From the NCBI RefSeq assembly GCF_009834535.1, contig NC_045697.1, forward strand, positions 75,270,001-75,334,000: DNA of 64,000 bases, written 5' to 3'. Under the pieces are notes generated by a model. It saw only the letters and a program-made list of their open reading frames with translations, ran no database searches and had not been told where the DNA came from. Shown piece after piece: positions 39,260 to 54,421 of the stretch. The position numbers and the translations under genes were made by a program. Numbering within the stretch: position 1 is the stretch's first letter; each line of letters starts with the position of its first letter. Source of the stretch: Camelus ferus. Lineage: Eukaryota.

Positions 39260-39725
39260 GGATGTCTTTGCTTAAGCCTCCCAGCACCACCTGTCCTTCT
39301 CCTTCTAGTAAAAGCATCTTGGTTTTCCTCTGTGAAACTGCCCAGTCCCCCTTGTCCCATTCTTACTTCATGTCACTTCAGTAGTGGACATAAGACCCAG
39401 ACCTTGCAACTGAGCGCTTTCTGACCCAGGTGACAGAAGCTGATCCTTAGCAGCACAGTCAGACATTTGCTGGAAACATTGATAATGAGAAGTTTTCCTT
39501 TTGTCAAGATTTCTGAACTGGAAGAGTATAAGATAGGAGAGAACCTACCTAAGTAAGAAGGCTCTCCAAGAGGAAAGCAGAGTCAAGAGACAAAGAGAGA
39601 AGAATTCCTACTCATGATTTGAGCCAGACCCAAAATCTAATGTTATAGGATCCTATTATGAGAGCCAATGCATTTCCTTTTTCGCCTAAGCTAGTTCAAG
39701 GCTGGGGTCTTGTCACTTATAATCA
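39260..39725. mobile_element. Old MLT1-type LTR
   Basis: End motif atgagagccaatgcatttcctttttcgcctaagctagttc ... tgtcacttataa is typical of old MLT1 subfamilies. Confidence 0.55.
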
Positions 39726-42700
39726 AAATAGTCTTACATAAAAATATCCTGAATTTGGAATAAATAAGAGCACAGGTTGGAAAGATTCCAGGCTAGGGAC
39801 ATTTGTTACTTGAGCAAATAAGTATACTTTCCATTAAGTTCAAGCTTAACACATGCTGGAGTTCAGGTTTGATTGGGACCAAGATGTTTGAGAATTTACT
39901 AGAGAACATCTGACATGACAACCACGTGAAAAAAAGTTGTTATGATTTTCTAATATGGAAATACACCTTAAGATCGAAACGTTCTTTTTCAGATTAAAAT
40001 GTATATATTTTATTACTCACATACTCTGCATCTGGTAATTTTATAGAAAATGGAACTGTGAGGAGAATCTCTTTCACTCTTATAATACCTCTCAGGTATT
40101 ATCAAATTTATAAATACTTTTTGATTTTTAAATACCTCTTAGGATTATTAGGTTGCAATTGACAAAAATTTACTCAAGCTTGCATAGAAAATTTGAAGCA
40201 GGTAGAAAATTTGATAGCATCTGAGGGTAAGACAGAAAAGCACAGGGCAGCTTGGTCGCATGGACCCAGACCTAACAGCTGAGAACCAGACCACTCCCTC
40301 TGCTTTCTTGTCTCCTGTTCTTGCCTGGCTTTGTGCTTCTGACTCATTCCACAGCTTTTTTTCTGAAAACCACCTTTCTTTGCTGACTTGTCGCTGTCTT
40401 CTCTCTGTGGCTGTCTTTGGTGCTTTTTAGAGCCAACTTTCAGTCATATCTCTTTGTTATCTTGGGACTCAGTTTTTCTTAGCTGGATGACTTATTCAGT
40501 TTGATCTTTCTAAATTCCAAATTCCTGGCTAAGAGAATCTTTTTGGGTTCCTTCAGGGGCAGGGTCACCTGGTATAAAGAACCTACCTAGGTTCATCATC
40601 TCCCAGAGTGGAAGCTTCCAGGGGGCACAGGTACTTTTCAGAAAGGATGTGATCATGGAGGCAAGGATTAATTTTTCTACTGTAGAAACTAATGTAAAAA
40701 CAATCCCGATTACCACAAGAATACTTACACATTCTTTCTCTCTGGGGAAACAGGGTAAAACCACAGGAGACAGCATTAAGAAACAAACAGTAATGATCTG
40801 AATCATTAATTCATACTCTAAGGGTATTATTGCATGATTTGTGTTCCCTTCAGAGGGCTTTGGTTTCTATTAAGAGTTAACTAAAATATAGGTACCTTAG
40901 AAGATTCATTAGACATGTTTGAAATTATTCAGTCCATTATGTTTTATGAAGTTTAAAATCAATAGTATTACCTCTATAACATTCATAGGTATGTGGTATA
41001 AATATATTTCAGAACTAAATAAAGATTTTAGAAACAAGCCAGACATTACATTCACTCTGATAATTGTTTAGAGATGTTGGTTTCACAGGAAAGTTTGGGG
41101 GTGGGAGGAAGGAAATGAGAAAACATCAATGACTAACCTAGAAGATCAACTGAAAAATTCAAAATTGTTTCTGATGTCACAATGGAGATAATTTCTCAAG
41201 ACATCATAAAATAATTTAAAACATATTCATACAGCTATAGATAATATTTATCTCAAACAAAGAAATTGTAACCATACAAAATCGAATGTGTCTGATTTGG
41301 GTTTAGGGAATCTTTATGACCTAATACACAAAGCAGTTTTGGAGGAAAGTAAAGCAAAAATTTTAAGCTCTCCAAGATCTGAAATTTTTTCTGAAGTGTG
41401 ACATATTGAAATAATCTCTACTAAAAGGGGCACTGATGAGGCAATCGAGTAAATGATATTATTCCAGAAGATGAAAGAGGCAAATGATGTATTAAAGAAC
41501 CAATAATATAAACAATGTAAAATAAATAGTGTACCGTACCTGCTATAACTGTTTAGGGTTCCTATAGTGCTTGGTATTCCAACCTTACTTCTAAAGGTGA
41601 TTATGGTAATTTTACTAATCAAGCAATTTGAACATGAAAGTATTCTTATGTTTAAATACAGAAAACATTTTTTGAGGAACAGATTGATTAAAGGAACTCC
41701 AAAATTTTCATTCCTTGGGGCACACATTCTGTTCTCCACCTGTAGTCCTTGGTTTGCTTAATCTCCTCAGTGCACAAAAATTAGTGTTTCCAGAGTCCAC
41801 ACTGAGAAAGAGGAATTGACTCACCCCTGTAATAAGTCAGAAAATTGAGAAAGCTCTGAAGTAAACTCTAATCAACCCATCTCTCCATACTATGAGGTGA
41901 ATATTTAAATAATCACTGTAGGAGATAACACAGGATTGGTTTAAATGGTTAAAATCCAATTCCTGAGGAAGAGGACATTTCTCCTCATAAGAGCCACGTA
42001 TCATTTGTAGGATTAGAAAAATGTTAGGATTCATTCTTATTTAAATGAGTTACTAAAGTGCAAAATCACAATAAATCAAAGTAAATATATCAGAATTTTA
42101 TAATAGTGGTCACTCCAACTAGATATAGCATTTCAAATGACTGAGTAATAAATTCAGCCTTAGGGTGGCCAAGAAATGCTTCCAAGCAGAGATGGTATTT
42201 GACTTGAGGTTTGAGGAATGAATAGGAAATAGTGAACTGGAGGAAGGTGACAGAGGCCACAGGAACGACAAAGACACTGAGCCACAAACATGATGGCAGG
42301 AATCCTGCGTGGGTGGAGCACAGAGTCTACTGGGTACAAATGGGCAGAGGCTGTAAAGCAACGACACCAAGAAAACAGTCTCAGGTGTAGACAAGAGAGC
42401 CCCACTGATCTATTTTACAGTTTCAGGTGTGCCCAGTTATGTTCCTTTGAAAGTTTTCTTTCCTTAAACATAGACAACTCCAAGAATATCACCTGTCTTT
42501 GCTCAGACGCTCTCTTCATCAAATATTAAACAGGACTTTTAATATTCAGAATAGTGCTCACAGGGCTGGTTCTTCTCCTGCAGTTATGTCTTTCCAGGGC
42601 ACAAGTGCATCCAGACACTTGGCTAGCCTACATGCCTAACACCATGCAGCAGGCTGATGGTGTTAAATACATGTTAAATGAAAAAAGAAACAAACACTAA

Positions 42701-45700
42701 GCAGTAACTTTCTGCATATTTTACTAGGCCTTGTAATGAAAATAATAAAAATTTGGCATCAAAACAAAGCCTGTTATGTAATCATCATGGTTAATAATGA
42801 GATAACTGAAATGCATTGACAATTAGTGGTCTAAACTGTCCTTCTGACTTATTTGTCTAAGAATAACAGGGCCTTAGTCTGCAAGTCACAAGAACTCTGC
42901 TACTAACTAGGTGTGTGACCCTAGACAAGTAACTGAACCTCATCTTTAAAACAACTAACATGAACGTCCCTTTAAATTCTGTAATGTAACAGGATGCAGA
43001 GATCACTTTACTTTAAATATAATTTTAAATCTATTAAAATATTTGTGTATCTTACTTGTTTGCCATTATCCAGAAAAGGATTTAGTTCTGTATAGTGAAA
43101 TTGTTTTTTGCCTTTTTGCCTTAACTGTATATAGAAAATTATTTTACTGTTATTGTTAATATGTGGTCATATCATTAATCATATATATGTATACATCTTG
43201 CTCATCTTGCTTTTTTCTATCTCTTATAAGAGAGTATAGGAAAAACTTAGTATGAACATTCTAATGCAGGTGTTTTGGAAGTTTATAAAGTAAAAAAGTT
43301 TAAAAGTTGAAAATAAGGAGGAGAGATACATGGAATTCAGTTATTAAATTATATATTCTCACCTTTATCTTTTCAAAACAAATGAAGGTAGTTAAACAAC
43401 AACATAGTATATGATATTCCAAAGAACAGCCTTTCTGTCTTTGCTGAATTTATTTATCAGAGGAACAACAGAGAGAAAATAAATCTTTTAAATTCAGGCT
43501 ACTTCCTTAGGGACAATTAAATCTAGGATATTTATGTAACAACTTAGGTAGGGAAGCACTGTACACTCAGACAGAATTTTTCATTACAGGAAAAGTAAAT
43601 AACTTAAACATACCCAACAGGAAAACATTCATCAGAAAACGCAGAACAGTCAGGAAACTTTTCACCAAGAGCTTAAAGCTGCATGTGAAGCAGAAGTAAT
43701 TCACTGCCAAGAGTTTAGAGATTTAAAAACATTAATAACAACAATGCTAGCTTTTTAAAGCAGAAAACATGAATGTATTACAAAGAAAACATTTTCAAAA
43801 TCATGGCTTAGCCAAATAGTTATCACTGATCATTTGTTGTGGAAATGGACATGTAGACAATGTCTTCAAAACATGTTAACTAAATAATAGTAATGACTCA
43901 AGAACTCAACAATTTAGTTCAATAAACACTTGCCACGTATATATTCTAATAGCAGGTCAGGATACAAAGGTGTTTACAGCACAGCCTTGACACTCAAATA
44001 GCCCATAGTCTCAGAAGGCAGGCAGGTATGTAAAGAAATAAGCTATAGTACAGTATGGTAAAGGGAAAGATCAACAATATGTACAGAGTGCAGGGATAGC
44101 ACAGAAAATTAATAATTATGAATAATTACTTCTATAGAGATGTGGGGGAAGGAAAGTGTAGAAAAAAGTTTCCCAGACGAGGGGAATTCTGAGCTGAGCA
44201 GTTCAACCAGAAGTTCACTTTCTCTTCTTCACTCTCTATATTCCTGAAAAGACAAGGCTCGTTTGGAGAAATGAAAAAGGATCTTCACAGCAGGGTTTGA
44301 TTTTACTCATTGGCAAGAAATAAAGGAGGAGTGGAAGGGGCCAGAAATCATGGTAATTAGAGGAGGGCCAGAACTTAAACAATCATAATAACCAAAGAGA
44401 AAGATTTCTAAATCAACTTTAAATTGAATTTACAATAATTATGAAGCATTATTTTCCTCCATATCTTCCAAAAGGATCTAGATCTGCCAAATACCATCCA
44501 CAAATTTACCCAGCACATTTGTTTCTAGTAGAGTGAAAATTGTTTGTGCAAGCTGTCCGGCTTTTGATAGATGATCGGGGTCATGACCTGTAAGCCTTCA
44601 AGTATTCAAAATTCGTTTTCAGAATCAAAGACCTATCACGTGCTCTCCTACTGTGCACCTGAGACAGCCTCTGAGAATAAAATAAAGAAAGAATCACTTG
44701 AGGGTAATATTGCTATGACACTAGCTCAAAGAATACAGATGCAGGTCTTAGCCTTGATTTAATTATCACTCAGGGAGTGTCTTTTGTGTGCCAGGCATTC
44801 CACAAAGGGCTGCATATACATTTTTCCATTTAGTCTTTATCACATCCTTGCAATGAACTGATAGAATATCCAATTGACAGATGAAGATGAGCTTGAGCTT
44901 TCAACCCCAAAATTACCAGTCTTCAGAAGCTTCACAAAAATAGAGGATTAAATTTGAGGATGGGGGAAAGAAATTATGGGAGATTTTTCAGGTAGATTAA
45001 ACCGTCTGAAGCAAGGGGACCAAATAATTTGAAGTGTCAATTCTGCCTTTCTATAACTATAGTTGGGTCACCCTACGCCCTGCTGTCCTCTCCACTGTGT
45101 TTGACTTTCCTAAACTTCAGAATTTGTGTGTGACTAAAGTTAGTCCTTTGACTGAGGAAGCCCAGAGAACCTGGGTAGGAGGGCTATGAGCTGTTGGTTT
45201 GGATCTTACCTAAAAAGTTCAATATCCAGCACGGCGGGGAGCTTTCCAGCTTCACCAATACAGGTGCAAAAGCTTTGGCCTGTTCAACTTGCAAAAACAA
45301 AGCATGCCATGAATAATGGAAGCATTTCTCTCCCTGCTATTTTTAAGGATTCCAAGGAAATTCATAAAACAGCTTGTTTCCTCTCAAGAAAAGTGGAAAG
45401 ATACATTTATTTTGACAGACTATCTCTTCTCCAAATACCCATCATAAATTAGTCACTGCTTCTCTAACACAGTTCCAGATTCCCCAAACCAAGGCAGACA
45501 GCTTTATTTACTATCCCTCATGTAATTTCATTGTCAGCATCAGGTCCCCAAAGTGGCGACGTTAAAGCATGTCTTCTGTGACCACATTGTATTTCAATGA
45601 ACCTCTTTAAATTATTGCTCAAACTCAAGAATTTCACGGAATAGAATTTGAAATTCATTGGTCTGGACTTATTACATTCTTAATTTTACAGGGAGATGGA

Positions 45701-46340
45701 TATTTTTGCACAAGAGTAACAATCTCATAACAGGCAGTAAATTCATTACTAAAAAGGTAAGTATTTTTAATTTCGTATGTTTGCATTCTCTTTAACAAGG
45801 ATCTTTTGGTTAAACGTTTTATGAAGTGATAAGTTATTTTATAAAGCATGCCTTTTCCCTCTTCTCACCAATTTCCATGTTTTTCTATTTAAACTTTCAC
45901 CTAGATTGTTGTAAATCAACATAAAATTCTAAGTGGCAGAGCCAGGTTTGGAGAGCTAGCAGGTCCAATTCCAAATCCTATGGTTTTTGTGACAATTACG
46001 TTTCCTGTCTTGTAAGCTCTTGTTGATGACTCTGTTGTGCAGCCAGGGCACTTGGAGCGTCACTGTAGAGCTTACTTATAAGTAAGAAAACCGGACAAGT
46101 AGCATCTGCATCACCTCCAGCTCTCCACCTTTGACTTTGCACTTTGTGTACTTCGACTGTGTACACACTGACTTCTGCAATATTCTTTAGGCTTATTTGT
46201 TTCCAGTCTAACATATTCATTAATTCAACTACGGTAGTTTCAGAAAGGCTTCCAAGAAAGCTACACAATTTGAAAGACAATTACCCTCAAAATGAGCTTG
46301 ATAGTTTGAACGAATTGAGCTATCAATCTTAGAAACTTAG

Positions 46341-46715
46341 TGTTTTCCTCAGTTTGGACTGCTATAAAAAAATTACCATAGAATAGGTGGCTTAAACAAC
46401 AAACATTTATTTCTTATGATTCTGGAGGCTAGAAGTCAGAGATCATGGTGTCAGTGTGGTCAAGTTCTTGGTGAGAGCCACCTTGCCTTCCTGGTTATGT
46501 CCTCATGTGGCCTTTCCTTGGTGTGTGCATGCAGACAAAGAGAGATTTCATACCACTTCTTTTTGTAAGAGCACTAATCCTACATGAAGGCTCTACCCGC
46601 ATGACTTGATGACCTCCCAAGGCCCCCACCTCCAAATACTGTCACCCTGGGGATTAGGGTTTCAGCATATGAATTTATTTTCTGGAGGTGGAGGGGACAT
46701 GTAGTAAATACAACT
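46341..46715 (-). mobile_element. MLT1A-type solo LTR
   Basis: gctataaaaaaattaccatag ... ggcttaaacaacaaacatttatttctt ... ttctggaggctagaagtc ... ggattagggtttcagcatatgaatt. Confidence 0.85.
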
Positions 46716-48374
46716 ATAAGTTGCTCCAGTAATGTCTATTCCCAGTTTTCCCTTTGTGTCTCAAGGTTCTTTCCCAGGAACAGCTCTGGCTCCTAAGAAT
46801 AATTGTGACTTTTGACTTGTGGAATGTTAATGCTTCTCCTTAGCTATGTTTGGGTATATGAATCCTCTTTGCTCCTGCACAAAGATAAATGGGAAAGTAG
46901 GGCTGCCTCCTGGCTTGTCTCCCTAACTGTATAGATCTAGAATGCCCATTGTGGCTTTTATTATTTGTGACCAGCGCTCAAAAACACCACAGAACTTCCT
47001 CCCAACATGACCATCCATGCATTCCAACTAACTCTTCATAAGAAAATGTGTCTCAGTAATCCACGCCATGACAGTAGAAACAGGTGCTTACCTTCCATCT
47101 GCTTATTACTACTAAGATCAGTTCAGGGAAGCAGGGGCTGCATTGGGTTCAAGGACTTTATTAAGGAAGGCAATATTTGTCAATAGCTAGCTGAATCTTC
47201 CCTGAGAGAAGCTGGGAGCAGAGGCGCCTCTCCGTGGGATACAGCCAGAGCGCCAGCTATCTTACATGTTTATCCTACTGTTCACTCTCACTCCTGGGAT
47301 ATTTGCCATAGACAGATACCGATACTCTTCTCTCAACCCCCAAGATAAAACAATTAGAGAGACACTTACAAAGTATCCTATATAGGGTTCATTGTCAGAA
47401 ACGGTAGCATGGGACTCAAAACCTTTTGAGAAGGGTTTTACCACATCTAGGAAGTATTACAGAGATTAAAAAAAATTAATTCAACATAAAAGAGTTCATA
47501 TTACTTTTTTATCCACTTCCTTATCAATTTTAATTTAAATACTTAACTATACTGAAATTACACTTGAAAATCCAAAGTAATATACAAAAAAAGTAGATTT
47601 ATCAACCAACATGGATATATGATTTCATTTATAAAAATTTTAAGTTAACCCTTTAGTTTTGAAGCTACTTCAGTTTTCCCTGCATATCCAAGAAATGGAA
47701 GATCTGCAGTATTATAATTACTGTATTATTAATTCCCTCTTTCAACAAACATGTACTTCATACCTGCAGGATTCCAGATTCTGTTCTTGGCCCCTTCCAG
47801 TGGTGTAGTTTGCTCTTTGATTAGTTATAATGAGTATCCTGGTACGTAATATTCTTATTTACATTGAAAATGTATATTTAAAGGCCTTAGGTATAGCTGC
47901 CATATCTGGCTTTAATATTAATAATAAGAACCATAAAGAATGTCTATCATTTACTGAGTACATACTATAGTCCAAAAATGCCTCTAAGACTTTAGATAAA
48001 TGATTAAACATATATTCACATTTTAAAATGAGAAAATTAAGTCAAAGAGAGATTAACTGCTCAAGTTTCAGCTATTGAGCACAAACTTATAGGTGGCCAT
48101 AAATAATGCACCCAAAGTCACTTATGGTACCTTTCAATTATAAAAATCACATAATCACATTATTTTATATTAGAGAATTTTGAAAGGGTAAGGAGATTGA
48201 TTCATCATAATTCAATTTGAAATAGCAAAAATTCTTACTTAGTTTTTCTGCTGGTAACAGAGGTTAAAGCTGAGGCTACTGTCAACACTCATGTAGTGAA
48301 TTGTGAAATTTGATAGCCTGAAGAGGAGGGTGGAGGAATTTTTCTACCATTGGAATTCCTAGTGATGTCAGCAG

Positions 48375-49270
48375 CATTTGTTCATTCATTTATTCAAAAA
48401 TAATTGACCATTTTGTGCTAGACACACAACAGTGAGCAAGAAGACATAGTCCTAGACTTTGCTACAGTTTCAGTTGAGTTATTAAGAATAGAACAAGTAA
48501 ACATTAAATCTGCAATTTAGATAACTATCATGGGCAACACTGGAATACCTTAGGGTGGGAAGAGAAATTCCAGGATACTTTAAGAGAAAGTAATGATCAA
48601 CAAGTCTGGAGTGTCAGAGAAGTCCTCTTGATAAAGTGATGTTGAAGTTATGATAAGATGGATAGTATCAAACCAGGTTAAAAATAATGCTGGGGTGGCA
48701 GAAGGGCATTCGAAGCAAAGGGGACCACATGAGCAGGATGGGAAGGAGCTTGTCCTGTTAGTGGGACATAGAGAAGAGCAGGGCAGCTGGAGACACAATA
48801 AAAGAGGTGGCATGTGGTGGGAGGTGTGGAAGAAGATGTAGGTGGAAGCCAGATCATGCAGCCTGTGTTATGGAGTTAGCACTTCATTCTAAGAACAAAG
48901 GGATACCACTGAAAGGATTTACATAAAGGAAAAAGTTGAACAAAAATAACTTGAAAAGTCTAGTCTGGCCAAACTGTGCAGAACAATTTGAAAGAGGACA
49001 AGGAAACTAGTTTGGAAATTAGAATAGTCCAAGGGAATCATAAAGGAGTGAAGTAGAGCAAATAAAGTGGATCCAAAATGGACAAATGATTAGATGGACT
49101 CAAGGACAAGATGAGCTAGCCCACAACAGGAGGGATACCACATCCCTAGAAGACTGGAAGGAAGTTTGTTTTTATAGATAAACTAATTAATAAGAGATGA
49201 GAAATAGAGGGAGATGACACCGAAGGACTTAACAATCTTGGTGAACTGGACATTGAGATTGTCAGTTGAA
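48375..49270 (-). mobile_element. L2 fragment(s)
   Basis: Starts with a reverse L2 tail (catttgttcattcatttattcaa), followed by a purine-rich L2 body. Confidence 0.65.
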
Positions 49271-49344
49271 GACAACTTGGGGCAGGGTTAATAAGAGATC
49301 TCAGGAGAATGGTAATACCAGAAACAAACACTAATGGAAACAAA

Positions 49345-49575
49345 AATAATAACAGCTAATCATTTGAGGGCACTAGAGGTTGTTTCAAGTGCCAAAGTTT
49401 TAAAATCAGAGCAGCTCTCTGAATTAGAGAATTTTACCAGCCCTGCTTTGGGGATCAGGGAATTTAGCCAGCAGAAACTGAATTAACCAGCAAGTTCTTC
49501 AGCTCATGAATGATAGAACCAAGATCAAAATCCAGGCAGTCTGGATCCAGAGTCTGTGTGCTGAACTACTGTACC
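49345..49575 (-). mobile_element. MIR
   Basis: Reverse MIR: aataataacagctaatcattt ... tccaggcagtctggatccagagtctgtgtgctgaactact. Confidence 0.65.
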
Positions 49576-49899
49576 GTGGGCCATAGCAACAGCGTGAAGG
49601 GCCCATATCCTACATGTGTGGTGGGTCCTGTCTGCCATGACAGTGCCCATGCAATCTGGGGTGACTCCTACAGTTCTCTCCTGAAAGTTCTCTTTTCACA
49701 CTGAATTGGATGTATTGAAACAGGTGACATTTTCTGAAGCTGTATTTTTCCTTTACCCAATATTAGTTCCCCTCTATTTTTCTATTCAGAATCGTTCTCT
49801 TATTTTTTTCTTATGCAAAATTCGTAAACGTGATACAGTGTACTTTGCTTCATTTACTTTTAAATTTGTGACATAAAACTATATATGTATACGTGAAAT

Positions 49900-49983
49900 T
49901 CTCTCTGTCTCTGTCTCTCAGTTTCTCTCTGTGTGTCTCTGTCTCTTTCCGTCTCAGTTTCTCACTCTCTCTGTCTCTCTCTC
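49900..49983. repeat. Degenerate (CT)/(CTGT)n simple repeat
   Basis: Directly visible. Confidence 0.8.
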
Positions 49984-50521
49984 AGAATCTCCATGCTTTG
50001 GTAAAGTCTGTCAGCAGCTAAACATGTAGTTAATGACACCATAACTTCTTAGCTTGTTAAAAAAGGCTTTGAGCAAAGCCAGACTTTCAAAAATGTTCTC
50101 TTCTAAGAGAAGAGTAAGAGACTAGAGTAAGATACTAATTCAGTGACGGTTTTATACATAATTTATTTGTACATTCCATCATGTCCTTGGCATGTATGTA
50201 TGCAAAAATTGAGCTTTTTAAATTGATCTTTGCGAACTTAACTCCTGTACCCCCATGTCCAGTGAAGGTGGAAAACTCAAGTCTTGTTCAAATCAAAGTC
50301 AAATCAGTCATTGCTGGCTATTCCTCACAGAAAGAAGGGAGTGGTTTTAATACAGACGACACAAGAACTACAAACTGTCTAAAAACTGAAAAACAGAATC
50401 ATGTGATTGTTCAATGTTACTCTCTCATCAGTGTCTCCTTTTATTCCCTTCAAAACAATCTGTAGCCCCCCCATCAAGACACGAATCCCAGGAAATGACT
50501 GACAATAAACTTATCACAATA

Positions 50522-50738
50522 TAGTTGATCCTCAAACAATACAGGATTTTGAACTGCGTGAGTCCACTCATACGCGGATATTTTTCATTAAATGCTACAA
50601 TACTGCACGACCCTCAGTTGGCTGAATCCAAGGATGTGAACTACAGATATGGAAGGCCAACTGTAAAGTTACACATGGATTTTCAACTGCACAGGGGGTT
50701 GCTGCCCCTCCGCCCTTGCATTGTTGAAAGGTCAACTG
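50522..50738 (+). mobile_element. Tigger2-derived MITE
   Basis: tagttgatcctcaaacaatac ... gcattgttgaaaggtcaactg, TA-flanked and colinear with the copy at 34112. Confidence 0.85.
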
Positions 50739-53700
50739 TACATGAACTAACGAATGCTCTACCCCCACTGCCTAAACCATGAGTAGTAAAGATCACCCAA
50801 CACATATTTGTTGGATGAGTAAGTGAATGAATATATAAAATAACTTTAAAGAGAAGATAAAGTATTAGATAAAATAGGTATTCACTATTCACTATCAAAA
50901 AGCTATTCTTAAGAGTAGATTTGTATGGCCCACTTCTGTTTAAATCATTATACCACTCACTTCACCACAAATGATAATTGAATATAAGTAAAAACAGAAA
51001 TATAGAACAATGAAAACATGCAAGGAATTCGTTGGTTCTCAACAAAACTATTCTTGATTGGTACCTAATTACTCATGCTTTTTGCAACATGTACCCATGG
51101 GAGTATACAATACCTTCCCTCCTACCTAAGCAGCTTGAAATACATTTTTTAAAATAATATTTGTTCAGTATCTTTAGCTTTGCATATTTTTTAATCAACA
51201 CAATCATTTGGAAAGAGGCATGCTTTACTTTTTTGAATATACATAGTCATAAAATCTCTCCATGTTAAATATTGTACTTCTGCTTGTTTTCATGATTATA
51301 AAAAAAGAGATGTGGTCTTCTCAAAATCTTCTGTTAAAGGTAATACGGTTTAAAAATCAGGTATTATTTTAAGTATCCCATTGCATGTTTTTGCATCTTT
51401 CCTGACAGGCAGCTCCTGTCAGTGAAACTGGAGTAGACAGACATTGTAGTACATTATCTCCAACATGCCCTGGTCCTTTATACACTATGGCCTCCAACAA
51501 GATGTAAACCCACCACCAACCCCTGGAAGGGCCTTTACTAACCTGTAGCTTCTCTACTCCTACAGCTACAATACAGGAACAGCTATAGCTTGCAAACCTT
51601 CATCTCTAATTTTTTCCACCAATAAAAGTATGGTCCTTTATCATGCCATATTTTTCTCTTCTTATGTCTTTGCTAAAGAAAAATAACTTTGCTCTTTTCT
51701 CCTTCCTTTGGAAACAATTCTACAAAAATTGTCAAGGATTGCTTTATTGTAGTGTTATATCCAAAAGAATTTTATTCTTATCTGTAGTATAGAGACATAG
51801 AAAACTTCAACTAATTCTTTTATACTAATTATACATTTTGTACAAAATAGACATGTAGAATCTCCAGACTGTGGTGAACATGAAGGCATGTGTCACTGAT
51901 TTTAAAATTCACATTTCATTTTTCCCTTTTACAGCAGCTAATCAGTTAGTAGAAGGTCACCAATTAACTATCTGATTTGACATGTTGGAAGTAGTCAAAT
52001 AAAACTGGTAATGAAGCAAAAAGTAGATGTAGGATGTGGTGAGGTATTTGGACAGGAGTGTTTACAGGACAGCACAAGCATTAGTCGAGTGCAACCAATT
52101 AAATATGATATTCATTAGCTCTGGGTACTGCATGATCCTTTCTTTGGATCCAATTCCGTATTTAAATCTTTGACTTACGTGCAGGGGAGAGGGAGCATGT
52201 TGATAGAATATGAGTTAGATGCTCAAATTGCATAATCATTACAGTTACGTGATTCACTCAGTTGGACATCCTTTCTGAATGACTCCTGAGTAATATTTTA
52301 AAATATGTATTGTTCAAGAGGAAAAGATGAGAACAATCATTGAATGTGCTTTTCTCTAAGCTCCAAAAGCTGTTCAATAAAGATTCTGTCTCTTAGATGG
52401 ATTTCAAACTTCTCTGACAGTTGAATGAATATACTCTGTAACAGAGTATCTGTAAAGCAAAAATGTATATAACATGCCTTCTTCAAGCCCACATGTAACA
52501 AATAAAGATATCAAATGAACTGACATTTTTGCATTACAGTTTAAAATAACATCCTGTGTGATTTCTATATGCTGTGCTGTTAGCTCAATTTCAGATTTTC
52601 TAAACACTGGCTTTGCTTTCAAAGAATAATGTTCCAGTTCCTGTACTGAGTGTGTGGAGACTGGTTCTAAAGCTGGAGGGAAAATTAAGAATGTGTGGGT
52701 TTTGGCTTCAGAATTAGCCATGCTTTAGTGATCTCCTGCATTAAACTGTTTCTTATTAATAGATCATGCAATTACCCACCACCATTCACCCTCCCCCTTC
52801 CCCACACACATATCTGACACATTCTCATAATCAACAGCAAATGTTCATTCTGAACGTTTCACTTTTTTTTTTCCTTAAGCCCACCCTGACTTTCATTGTG
52901 ATACAATGAAACCATCAACTATCAGAATTTAGTGTTTAGAGTGAGGCATATAAAATTAGTGAGTATATCTTGAATGTACAGTTGATACTTTTGAAGTATT
53001 ATAACATTTAATATAACATTTATTGAATTTATTCTTCTCTCCAAGGACAATGAAGATTTATTCTGAATAAATAGAAGGGAAATAAATACATAAAGTTATG
53101 CTGACACATGAAATTTTTATTCTTAAAAACCTTTTCATTTTGGATAAAGATTTTGAAAGTGTCTGCTTTGAAAATAAATTTCTAAAGATTTTCAAAAGCA
53201 TATTTTTCCCGTTAAATCATACTGAATTGCAACAGTTCTCCTCATATGTTTAACCCCCATTTAGCCCCTATGATATTCACTCTGGTCCAGTATAAAAATA
53301 TAGCTCTTATTTAACATGTAGCCAAGTGTTTACTATTTTTTTAATTGCCATCTGAACTGCTTTGCTTCACTGATCATGTTGGCCCTTCTCACGGTGAGAC
53401 TCACTCCTTCCCTTGGCTTCTCTGTCACAGTGGATGGCTCGCCTCTCTATACAGATTATTATCTAAATCTTTCATGAATTGACCTTATTCCTCACACTTC
53501 CTAAATATAAATGTTCCACATCTTTCTACTGCTCTCTTGTGCTCCCTTACTGAACTTCCATTAACATCATTTGCACTTAAAAGAAATGTGAAACTCTAGA
53601 AATACATGGATCTTTACCTTCTCTCTCTCTGTGTGTGTGTGTGTGTCCCTATATTCCTTAAATTCTTTTGTGATAATGCCCAACAGAAATAAATTAGTGA

Positions 53701-53799
53701 TATAGATTTACAATTAATACATCATTAGAATAGAAGATTTTAGAGATCATCTATTTTACCTTAGGGATTGTGTGGTTTCACTTTGCTAGAATTTAATAC

Positions 53800-54150
53800 C
53801 TATTCATTGAGCACGTGCTATATGGCAGGCACTATGCTAATACTGATTAAGATACGGTCTTTGAGCTGAAAATGTTTAGGCCAATAGAAGAAAGAGATAC
53901 ACAAAAATCATTACAGTACGATTCTATATGTAAAATAGCAGATATATGTGCAATACACAGACATTTTATAGAGGAGGGAGTGTGATGAGTGGAGATTGAA
54001 AACAAAGGACCACAGTCAGGGGAAGGGATACTTTGACAGGAGGTCAAAACAAGTGAGAATTTTCCAGGAGGATAAAGTGCATAGGGTACTTGAGACAGAG
54101 CAGTGTGCTCAGAAAACCTAAACTGGTTCAGACAGAACATAGGAAGAAGG
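53800..54150 (-). mobile_element. L2 fragment
   Basis: Reverse L2 3' motif cattgagcacgtgctatatggcaggcactatgcta. Confidence 0.55.
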
Positions 54151-54245
54151 CGAATACTGAAAGTTAGAAATCAACATGATCATCACGTATAAAAGTGCTC
54201 TCTTTCTAACACACTTTGGTGCACTCACAGTTGGCTTTGAAACTA

Positions 54246-54421
54246 CAGCTGACCCTTGAAAAACACAGGTCTGAACTGTGCTGACACACTTATATGGAGA
54301 CTTTTTTCACTAAATACATACTGCAGTCTACACAATCTGGTTGGTTGCATCTGCCCATGCAGAGCTGAGGAGATGGTGGGCCCACAGTAAAGTGACATAG
54401 GGGCTGCATAGGGGTCGACTG
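54246..54421 (+). mobile_element. Tigger2-derived MITE with an internal deletion
   Basis: ta-cagctgacccttgaaaaacacagg ... gggtcgactg; about 40 bp shorter than the other two copies. Confidence 0.8.
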
